Origin: Takakia lepidozioides
Taxonomy: Eukaryota; Plantae; Bryophyta
Length of the DNA stretch: 64,000 nt
Assembly: GCA_030704615.1 (NCBI GenBank)
Contig: CM060734.1
Coordinates: 24,800,001-24,864,000 of the forward strand
Direction of reading: 5' to 3'
The notes beneath the pieces were generated by a model, which was not told the origin of the DNA, made no database searches, and worked only from the letters and a program-made list of their open reading frames with translations. The position numbers and the translations under genes were made by a program. Positions 26,965 through 37,203 of this stretch are shown one piece after another; within the stretch, counting starts at the first letter, position 1, and each line of letters begins with the position of its first letter.

Positions 26965-29150
26965 CCTGGGGGGTGCACTCCTCATTAAATGTACCAGCCA
27001 CGTGCGTGCACATGAGGGGGTATTTTAAACCCCCCCATGTACAACATTATACATACAGAGGGGGGTTTAAAACACCTTAAATGTAATTTTACAGGATGGG
27101 GTTGTTGTATTTTAAGGGGTAGTGTAGTGGTAAGAGTGACGTTTTGACCGCGATGCACCGCGGGATCAAATCGCGGGATCATCTCTTTGTTTTTCTCTCC
27201 ACGATCTTTCTCCCCTTCCCTCCCGCCGCTTTCTCTTTTCCCTCTCCTCCTCTCATCTCCTCTCCACTCCTCTCCCGTGTTCGCCTTCCCTTCCGCGGGC
27301 TTTCTCTTTTCCCTCCTCTCCTCTCCCCTCCTCTCCACAGGGCATGGTATTCTTCCTGATGTTTACAAGGTTTAGGGGAGTGTTTAGGGAAGCGATCCTT
27401 TTGGGTTGATGGGAGGGCAAATCCTCCATGGGTCATGACACAAGGTCAAGGACAATGTGGTGAGGGCACCTTCTTCTTCGACCTATTTCAGCCTGTCTTG
27501 CCCTCTCAACAGAGTCGGCCCTGAATTTGCAGCACTGAGACCTGGCATGAGTTTTTAGAAGATTGACAATGGTAGGACAACTGCAATTGCAAGGTGTGGC
27601 GTTTTCTTAAGGTATGATGTGAAGATTTTTTTCCATCCTGCTATTACGGGCTCTTGCCTCCTATTAGTACCTGATTTGGTATTCTTCCAGATGTTTACAA
27701 GGTTCTTGGGAGAGTCAGCTTGTTCTAAGCAGGCCGTGCTCAGCTACACCGTGGTTTTCACTGACCAATCCGTCGTTACCTGACTACAGACAAGTATGCA
27801 CACACAAGAGGTCCTCTTTTGATCTCAGTCCAAACCAGGAAGTGGTCAGAGGTACCAATATCAGTTCTGTCGATCAACACATTGGCACACTGGGAGAACA
27901 AATTTTTGTCCATTATGATATAGTCCACAATGGATCGTTTAGGGTTTGGGATTTCTCACGAGTCCACTGCACTTGGTCACCTACAGTTGAAGTCCTTGCC
28001 CTTGGTTGTATTCCTAGAGCGCCCCATTGAATCACCAATGTGTAAGACCGCTCTCCAGCCAGTCAAGGGATGAACTTCTTTGAGATTGAATTGATGTGGG
28101 ACTCTATTAGAAGCACTTTTGGTCATTGCAACCTTCAACGTACACCTGTTATCAATGAGAGAACCCCGGACAGTGTATCAGAAAATGAATATTGTCTTCA
28201 GATTGCCCACACAATGGGAAGTGCACTCTCCTTTTCCTCTCTGCTTCTGTTTGCTGTTCAAAGGTAGGCTTCCTGTCCTGAGTTTAAATTTCAGTCTAGT
28301 GCCGAGAGTGGGTGGACTCTTGAGGTTATCCAAGATGTCCTCCCCCATGTCACTGACTGGAAACAAGTTCAGGGAAGTTTTCTGCCTAACTTCATTTTCA
28401 TTAGCCAATCTCATAGCAACAGACATGGCTTTGGACACTGCAGCCTCTAAGTCGGATTTATCCAGCAGGGTCAAGACTTGCGGATCCAGGTGCAGGTCCT
28501 TGAGAATCTTTTCTACTCTGGTGTTGGGAAAACACCTTTTGATCTTAGTCCAAACCAGGAAGTGGTCAGAGGTACCAATATCAGTTGTGTCGATCAACAC
28601 ATTGGCACACTGGGGGAACAAATTTTTGTCCATTATGATATAGTCCACAATGGAACGTTTAGGGTTTGGGATTTCTCACGAGTCCACTGCACTTGGTCAC
28701 CTACAGTTGAAGTCCTTGCCCTTGGTTGTCTTCCTAGAGCGCGCCCCATTGAATCACCAATGTGTAAGACTGCTCTCCAGCCAGTCAAGGGATGAACTTC
28801 TTTGAGATTGAATTGATGTGGGACCCTATTAGAAGCACTTTTGGTCATTGCAACCTTCAACGTACACCTGTTATCAATGAGAGAACCCCGGACAGTGTAT
28901 CAGAAAATGAATACTGTCTTCAGATTGCAGTAGCGGCACAATTGATAAAATCAGGCACTGCTGATGAAGGCACCTTCTTCAACACATTTCACCCTGTTTT
29001 CCCCTCCTATCAGAATCGGCCCTAAATTTTCATGTTGAATTATGCAAGTTAGCTGGTTGAGTGAATCTAGGATAGTTTGGAATGACTTTGACATGATACT
29101 GCCAATGTGACAACAGGAAAGTATCCAGAAACAGGTAACAAAGAATTGTT
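26965..29150 (+). mobile_element. Left arm of a TIR DNA transposon (CCTGGGGGGTGCACTC..., 8-bp TSD CTAACGAT) with captured PPR/PDF-associated and LINE fragments
   Basis: ~40-bp imperfect terminal match to 35215; 27400-27525 and 28930-29150 are reverse-complement homologs of 57180-57300 and 58620-58830. Confidence 0.7.
27817..28928 (-). repeat. ~390-bp direct duplication (27817-28207 / 28537-28928) of an internally deleted LINE remnant
   Basis: APE endonuclease end DYII...SDHFLV; KFKLRTGSLPL; PLCGQSEDNIHFLIHC C-terminal motif. Confidence 0.75.
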
Positions 29151-29942
29151 ATTACAACAGAAGGACAGCTGCAAGAGAACCTAGGCAAGTGAGGGTGCAT
29201 CAAGTGCAGCCCCAGCCAAGAAGAAACAATGATCAGGAGCACTATGGTAGGCCTGGTGGTTATAACAATGGTATGGCAAAGAGAGGTAATCCAAGAGGAA
29301 ATTACCAAGGCAATCCCAGAGGCAGCTATTAGGGTAATCCAAGGGGGAATTACCAGCCAGGGAATCAGGATTATAGAAATAATCACAGAGCAGACCAAGG
29401 GCGAGGACCCAATGGTGAAGAATTGTGTTACTATTGTAATCAGGCGGGACATCGCAAAGTAGCCTGTCCATTCTGGATCAGACACCAGAATGAGATGAGA
29501 GCTCCTATGAATGAGGGGCCAGTGGTGGCAGCTCACATGGTTAGGCCATGTTTTGTACCAGAAGTAAGTACAATGATAGTGACCAGAAGCAAAGCTAAAC
29601 TAATACCCCCAGAGGATGAGGAAGAAGATGTTAATGAAGATGGCAGTGATGTGCCTGAAGATGATGAGGCTTGGAGATATGAGAAGGAACTACACAGGGA
29701 AGTGGCTGATACCATAAGGGAAATGCAGAAGAATACATCCCTATGGCAGATTCTTCTGATTCTGATAGAGAAGATGAAGGGGGTGAAGATGAAGTGAAGA
29801 AAGAGGCTGTGCAAGTGCAGAGTAATGAAGGGACTCTGGCTGAAGTAATATGCCAGACCAAAGCTGAGATTACCATTGGACTATTGGCTGTGGCACCTCA
29901 TTGTAGGCACAGGCTGTATCAAGCAATCAATCAGATTGCTCA
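29150..29942 (+). mobile_element. Ty3/gypsy gag C-terminal fragment with CCHC zinc knuckle
   Basis: GNPRG repeats, CYYCNQAGHRKVAC, VTRSK. Confidence 0.8.
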
Positions 29943-32500
29943 TGTGACAGAGAACACCTGTGTAAAGCTGTGTCGGGCTGTGTCGTGCTGTGATAGACTG
30001 TGATAGACTACGACTGACCGTGACTGGCTATGATAAGCTGTGTAGGGCTGTATCGGGCTGTGTCAAGCTGTGTAGTGCTGTGCCAAACTGTGTTGAGCTG
30101 TGTCAGCCCGTGACTGACTGTGTGAGCCTGTCTACCACCCCTAAGGCCTGTGTCGGTCTAAGTCTACCATCTGCAAGTCTGGGCAAAAATTAAGGGTACC
30201 CCACAGAACCTGTAAAAGTGTCTAAGTCCCAGACAGCCCTCTAACATTACCCCTCCCCCTCTCAAAAAGCCGTGTCCTCACGGTTTACTGTTTAGGATCA
30301 GCAAACCTTTGTGAGCGAGCACCTTTCTTTCGGTGAGAGTCCCTTGGAGGGCTCTGTGTGCAAGCCCGAGCCCTGTCACTGGCTGATGGAGGCGATTGAG
30401 CACCAAATGGAAATGTCTGACCCTCCTGTGGTTGATAACGAGGTAACCTCTCAGGCATAGGAGATCCCCGTCGTTTCTTCTCTGCCATTTGTAGTGCATA
30501 GTCCTCCGCCATGTCAAAAGGTTCCTCCGTAGAACCAGTAGTATCAGAATCATCTTCCCCCCTGAGGTGTTTCGGTGGCCGAACCTTAAGTGGCTTCTCC
30601 GGAATTCTGCCCATGCACAAAATCATTTTTGAGTTTTCTTATGTCGTTTCTGAGTGCTGGCCGGACAGCAGGCATCGATATCATTCTGCACAGTGGGATA
30701 AGGATGTCTCCACTAGGAATTTCCATGGTCAGGATTACCTTCGAAGAGCTCACCTTCTGTCCCCCAATAACAACCTCTGCTCTGTCTGCGTAATGCTCGT
30801 CATCGCCTTCTTCATCATCTTCATACTCTGCCTCTGCTCCGTCTCTAGCAGGTTCTTTCCTTTTCCTTTTCCTCTGTAAAAAAATGGAAGATCTATCTGT
30901 CCTGAAGTCTGGTATTGAACACAATTACAGATAAACATGCAGTTGCAAGGCCCAAAACAGCCTTGCTACAAATCGAAATGACCCTTCATTTGCAGCCCAA
31001 ATCAACCTTGCGTTGATGCAAGGTTGTTTGTGGGGCTTGCAACAATGGGAATGGAGTCCAATATAGACTTCACCAGGACTCAGGACACAGGACACAAGAC
31101 ACAGAACTGCAGCCCAAATCAACCTTGCGTTGACGCAAGGTTGTTTCTGGGGCATGCACCTGGGGGATTGAAGGAAAAAACCGACATTGGCAAGACTCTC
31201 AAACTACCTTGCGTCAACGCAACGTTGTTTGATGAGCTTTAGCAGTTCTAAAAAAACCTGCAGAAGGACACTGGACTGCAGCCCAAATCAACCTTGCGTT
31301 GACGCAAGGTTGTTTATGGGGCTGGCAGTTTTGGGAGTGAAGGCAAAAGGAGACATTGGCTGTACTCTCAAACAACCTTGCGTCAACGCAAGGTTGTTTG
31401 GTGAGCTTGAACCGTTCAACAAAATCCTTCAGAAGGGCACAGGCCTGCAGACCAAATCAAACCTTGCGTTGATGTAAGGTTGATTGTGGGATTTGCAACG
31501 GTGGGATCACAGACAGTGAATGGGAAAAATAGACATAGACAGTACACTCCAAACAACCTTGCGTCAACGCAAGGTTGTTATGTGAGATTCAAACTTCAAA
31601 AGAAAGGAGAACCAGGCCACTCAATTCGGGTCGAAATCAATCAGTCAAAGGACAATGTTCGTTTCGGATGTCTATGTCTGTCACCTGAATCAACCTTGCG
31701 TTGACGCAAGGTTGATTGGGGTTTTCTTAAAAGAAACATCTTCTTGTTTATCAGTCAATATTCGGGCATTCCAGCTACCAGCAAATCAACCTTGCGTTGA
31801 CGCAAGGTTGATTGTGATCTATCACACAAACTGCAAACTCTTCTGTGGCAAATGGAATGTCACACATACCTCGGCTTGCTTCTTCGGACCGCTCGAAGAC
31901 GCACCTCCCGTCTGGCTCATCTCCTTCAATTCGTGTGGGAGGACAGGTCCCAGAAGATCAGGCTGGTGGGTGACAAAACCACGCACTTCAAGCTCCGGTG
32001 TCTCTTCCATTAGGCGAACTACCTGGGACTGTTGTCTGAGGCGGGTCCAGGGTTACTCCTCTCCGCCCTCAAAAGATTGAAGCTCGCTAGGCTCCTCCTG
32101 CACAGCAGCTAAACCCTCTAGAGATGGCCGTGCAACTGCTCCTCCGGCCTCTCGCTCTCCAGCCTCTGCCTCCCCCTCTCCTCCGGCCTCTCTCACCCCG
32201 GTGTCCTCCCCCAACATGAGTTCCCTTCGGATCTTCTTCATTCTCTCCTTCGCTCGCAACCTTTTTTGCTGGATGTGAAGTACAGAGTCCGGCGGCGCCT
32301 TCTTCTGGCTCGAGAGGGAGTCTCACTATCGACAGGATCCAGGATTGCAGCTAGGGAGGGAAAAAGTGTTGCGAGAAAGAGGGAGTTCACTTGCCTCTCC
32401 CCCGCCCCTACTGCGCCAAGATGCCAGCTTCGTGGAGAAGCGGCGGGGTTGCGTGGAGCATCTACATGCAAGACACGTCGTCTCTGAACGGTCAATAGTC
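29943..32500 (-). mobile_element. 3' portion of an LTR retrotransposon: LTR 29943-30246, PPT 30247-30264, spliced acidic accessory ORF
   Basis: Minus strand reads GAGAGGGGGAGGGGTAA|TGTTAG...TGTCACA; LTR contains ~10-bp CTGTG repeats; acidic ORF pieces at 30586-30877, 31866-32010 and 32053-32259. Confidence 0.6.
31003..31810. repeat. Nine copies of a 24-bp hairpin CAACCTTGCGT-TG-ACGCAAGGTTG
   Basis: Copies at about 31003, 31120, 31204, 31289, 31373, 31459, 31554, 31691 and 31787, in both orientations. Confidence 0.9.
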
Positions 32501-32753
32501 GCGCTAAAATCACATCTTAAGATAGAATGAACGGGTGGCTGGACAGCTGGTGTCTGAAAAAAACCGTTGGATACAGGCAGTTAATGATTACATAGGATAC
32601 CTTGTCAGATGGGTCATGTGGATGGATGAGGATAAATGGCCTAGTGCAAAGTGGAATGAAACCGCTCATCCAGCTAGCCGTGCATCGGCAGTGACGTTCC
32701 AATATGGGCGCTTCGATCATGTTGTTTGATGCTATCCCCAGACGTACGGCACG

Positions 32754-34752
32754 TTGCTCCAGTGCTGGCACACTTTGTTGGACACTGTTCCCGTACTCTT
32801 CTCTGCTTTACGAATGGCTCTCACAAGAGAGTTGGTAAAATTCTACTGTCCTTACAAATCGCTCCCCCTCACCAAAGTGCCAGACGCCAATGGGATGGCA
32901 ACCGTGGGAGAGGATGTCCTCTGTAGAAGCTTGGATCTGCAAGTTGGAACTGTGCATGTGGAGAAAGAAGTGCACGACTCTGTCGGTAGGGTCGACAGTA
33001 TGATGATTCTGGAGCCATTCATGTGCGATGACCGTATTAGACAATGGAGAGTTTCAGCAAGCACTTACCGTGTGCACGGGGATCAGCGACGTTTGTCTGC
33101 AGGTTCTACACTCACACCAGGAACTGCCGCTTCGGTAGCTCCGGCCTTCACACCTGCTACAATAAAAAAAAAAAAGGACACCAGCACATCGACGGCTTTT
33201 GTCAATCTCTCAGAAAGCTCCGGTGACGACGACATCTCTGAGATTCCACCACCTCCAACACATCTATCTTCTGTCGAAGAACCAGATTTGCAGGAGATAG
33301 GCAGTGTCGTTCCAAAGTTGCAGTCTATGAAAGGGTTGCCAAACTGCAGAAGTGACGTGCGTGGAATTGCATGGGGAACAATAAATATTGTAAGAGCAAA
33401 ATACCTTCCCGCAGAATTTGATGGAGATGTGGTTTTTGAGCTGCCACCTCCGACGTCCTGTGGAGGTTTGGGGGGACTCATGCAAGGGATGGACAAGAAG
33501 CACGACGGACACCTTTGGTGTCGAACTAAGACAACCAAAATACATAACCCTCATGGCTTGTCTTTCCGTAGATCAATCTGCGTTGGGCACCTACATTGTG
33601 GAAATGAAGCCTACAACTGTCTGGCATTGAGAGGCTCCCCAAACGAGACGGAGTGGGAGGGTTGCGCGGATAACCCATTCAAGGTTGGGTGCCCACCTCC
33701 TAAAAACATGACGTTGCTCTGCAAATATTGCAAAACGGCTCTAACATGCATTGGCACATGCAAGGCCCGCATGTACTATGTGCTCCATCGTTTACGTGGC
33801 CTTACCTGAGCTTGTGTTCATCTCGGCAATCATACCCACCCCGTATCGAAAGGGGATTGTCGAGAAAGTCTTGAAACAATTCGGGGACTTCTACGGCGCG
33901 AGGTGGAGAATGCCCCTTATGCACCGCCATCTGCAATTGCACTTTCTGCAAGCAAGAGCTTCTTGCAAAAACACATTCTAGGAGGAGCGGAAGAGAACAC
34001 TGAGAAACTTGACAGTGAAAAACTGGACGTCGTTATGGACTATTTCTTGACCCTTAGTTCACCCAATGTACGCAACCAGATCAACGCACTCAGAATGGGG
34101 ACAGGGAGCACAGGTTATGTGGATAGCCTCCTGGAATTGAAGCAGAGAAGCATGTATGACTTCATTCAAGATAATGTCTTTCCTGGTCAGGGCTCGTTGA
34201 AAGTGTTCTTATTCAAGATGTCCACAGTTGCGGAGGGAAGTGGAGTTAGTTTGGTCCGCAGAATGCAGCCCGGTGGCGATCTCCAGAAATCATAGCTCAT
34301 GTTTGATCATGTGAAACATGTGAAGGGCTGGACAACCATGGCTGCCCATGTGTACGATCCATCTTACCAAAGAGTTATGACAATTGCAGTGTGTGACATG
34401 CAATCCGAAGACACTAGTCTCAAATCCTGATGTGGAAGTCCCTTGTGAGAGTCATGACGAATCATGGTGTCTCAGATCCAAATTTTCATGGATTTATGGC
34501 GGATAGTGCGCAGACAAATTGGAATGCAGTCCGGTGTGTTTTTGGAAGTGGTGATCCAAAAATACCCATGGTGGGCAGGGAACGCACTTGCCTGTTCCAT
34601 TGGACTCAGTCCCTCCGAAGGCAAACCAAGAATTGCATAAAACCAGAGTTGCAGGAGGAACACATGAGACTCTGCCGGCTGTATAAAGATGCGACAAGCA
34701 AGGTCGAAGCAAACTCCTTATACCAAACTATAAGGGCATGGTGGTACTCCTT
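32754..34752 (+). mobile_element. MULE transposase pseudogene (GCM/WRKY-like Zn domain plus DDE core), truncated by an LTR
   Basis: DGHLW...SICVGHLHC...CKYC...CVHLGNHTHP; MFDHVK, FMADSAQ, CLFHW (CxxH); in-frame stops at 33807 and 34293. Confidence 0.85.
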
Positions 34753-35214
34753 TGTCGTGCGCATACATATCGCTACACAACTACATCGCTGTCCAAAACC
34801 ACACAACATATGTGCACACCAAACACTAGTCTATCACTAGTCCCACACAAGTGCACCACTAGGCTGCCACTAGCCACCACTAGTGCAACCTCTAGTCCAT
34901 CACTAGGCTGCCATTAGCCACCACTAGTGCAGCCACTAGTCCATCTCTAGGCTGCCACTAGTCCACCACTAGCGCAGCCACTAGTCCAACCACTAGGCTG
35001 CCACTAACCACCACTAGTGCAGCCACTAGTCCACCACTAGGCTGCCACTAGTCCATCACAATCGCCCCCCTAGCTGGCGCTTAGGTCCCTCTAAGTCCAG
35101 GTAGCCACAAGATGTGATAGTGGCCATAGCCTCACTAAGTCCTCCACCACTATCCCTATTACACTCAAACTCGATAGATCAAGAGGCCGGGTACAAAAGT
35201 TGCCCCATCGTTAG
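34753..35214 (-). mobile_element. 3' UTR, PPT and LTR (34753-35060) of the second DNMT/PHD gypsy copy, inverted
   Basis: Reverse complement of 44684-45089. Confidence 0.95.
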
Positions 35215-35500
35215 CCTGGGGGTGCACTCTTTATAAAATGTCCGTATCACGTGCGTTCGCCGCCTAATAAAAAAACCCCCTGTATACGGGTCCTTGGATC
35301 ATTTATACCCCCTCTGTACATACATTTTGAAGATTATAAAACCCCCTCCTGTAAATATATAGAAATTTGTAATTTAAAAAAAATACCCCCTTCTGTATGT
35401 ATATTTCCCTTTTCAATAATTAAAAAATACCCTCAAATATGTATATGTATGTTTTAATATTATATCAAGTTTATTCATTTAAAAAAGAATAAAATCTAAT
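35215..35500 (-). mobile_element. Right arm of the CCTGGGGG-TIR element (now in direct orientation to the left arm)
   Basis: CCTGGGGGTGCACTC...AAATGT...CACGTGCGT abutting rc TSD ATCGTTAG (35207-35214); ACCCCC subterminal repeats. Confidence 0.75.
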
Positions 35501-35902
35501 AAATTAATTAAAAAAATTGTGTGCCCTCGATAAAACTTGTTGTGGAATCTCACTTTGAACAATAATCAGATGCCGAGAGGAAAGGGACATTGTCAATGCC
35601 TTATGTGCAAGAGGCCTGAAGAAAGTTTCTATTTTCTGATATGCAGTCCTGGGTATTTCATCAGAGAGTGACCTTCTTGAAGACCAAGACCTAGTCACTG
35701 CAATTCTGTTCATCAACTAGGACAGTTTCTGAACTTGTTCTACAGTTTCAACCTTCGCAAGGTCCAATTATATTCAAAACCTACTGTTGAGAATTCCTCT
35801 CCAAAAAGAGATTTCGTGTGCCTTTGCTGCCACTACTGGAGTCCAACCTGACTCGTAGTTGACAGAGTTCAATACATTCAATTAGATGACAAGCATTTCA
35901 TT

Positions 35903-36565
35903 TCACCAATACTCCCTACAAGAACAAACACCATTTTGGAAGTGGTGAAAGTGGTTTGCATCCCGTACAACAATCTCTTGCTTAGCTATCTTTGAGATGA
36001 ATTTGGTGGCTGTGTGGCAATCACCACACATCCGAAGATTCTTGATGATCCCTAAAGACATCCCAGAGGGTGTGTTAATAAGCCCAAAAACAATGGCCAG
36101 CTTCTCATTGTGGTGGCAAAGAGACGATTCTTTAAGCTCTTCCTCAACATCATGCAATGCAAAGTGCGGGCTTCACCCCTTCGCACATCATTTGCTCATA
36201 GGTCTCCAAAGCCTCCATCCCGCGCCCTTGCTGTGCATATCTTGCAATCACCGCACTCCACAACAGCACATCTCGTTCAGCCATACCGTCGAACACTCCC
36301 TTCATACATGTCCACGAGGGTACTGTTCAGAATGACATTTGATACAATTGCAGATCCAACAATGTCGCCATGGACCTCTTTGCCCTTTTCCAAAGCTGAC
36401 AAACTTACACACGCATTGCAAATATACACAAACGTGATGTGGTCGGGCTTCACCCCTTCCCCCATCATTTGATCATAGGTCTCCAAAGCCTCCATACCAC
36501 ATCCCTGCTGTGCATACCCTGCAAGCATCGCACTCCACGACACCACATCTCGTTCAGCCATGGAA
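35903..36565 (-). pseudogene. PLS-class PPR fragments joined to a DYW deaminase C-terminal domain
   Basis: RDVVSWSAMLAGYAQQG...KPDHITF; HHNEKLA...[10 protein letters not shown]...RDANHFHHF...CSCREYW; E domain and PG box missing, frameshifts. Confidence 0.9.
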
Positions 36566-37166
36566 ACTCCCTTCGCAACAACGAGGCGCCCTAGAGCCAG
36601 GGGATATGCATGAGAAGTGCAGATGCACCAAGTTTGTAAAGGTGTGTATTTTCATATTCGTTTTTGTGAGCTTAATAAAGAAATGGAGCTTGTTGGGCAG
36701 CATATGGCTTGCTTGTTGAGTTGGGGACGCTTCTAGTGGGCCGTGAGAGCTCAGGAGTGTAGGGCGACGGGGCTGATGGCTCCGCAGAAGCTATAGCTCA
36801 GCGGTGGCAGGTGCAGGAGCAAACCCCAGCTTGGGGAGAGCTCGGGAACGCCTCAGGAACACATGGGAACTCTATTGGGAGTTCCAGGGAACGCAGGGAA
36901 TAATGGCCGTGATGGGCCGTTGGGGCGGTATCACGAGATACCACGAGCCCAGGTCGTGATGGTTGACTGTGACTGTTGACCGTGACCGTTGGAAGTCGTG
37001 GTGCGGACACAACGGGTGGGCATGGTGACCAGATCGTGGGAATGGCGGGTCGTGAAGGCTCGTGGGAGTGGTACCACAGGGTATCACGAGGCAGCCCGTG
37101 GCCAACGAGTGCCTAGGGCGGGTCATGAGGAGTCGCGCCACGGAAGGCCGCGAACAGGCATAGTGA

Positions 37167-37203
37167 AATAAATAAATAAATATATATATATATATATATA
37201 TAT
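37167..37203. repeat. (AAAT)n(TA)n microsatellite
   Basis: Direct reading. Confidence 0.9.

Noticed and set aside
31003-31810. CRISPR array
   Set aside because: Eukaryotic TE context, no cas genes, repeats in both orientations, long variable spacers that resemble each other
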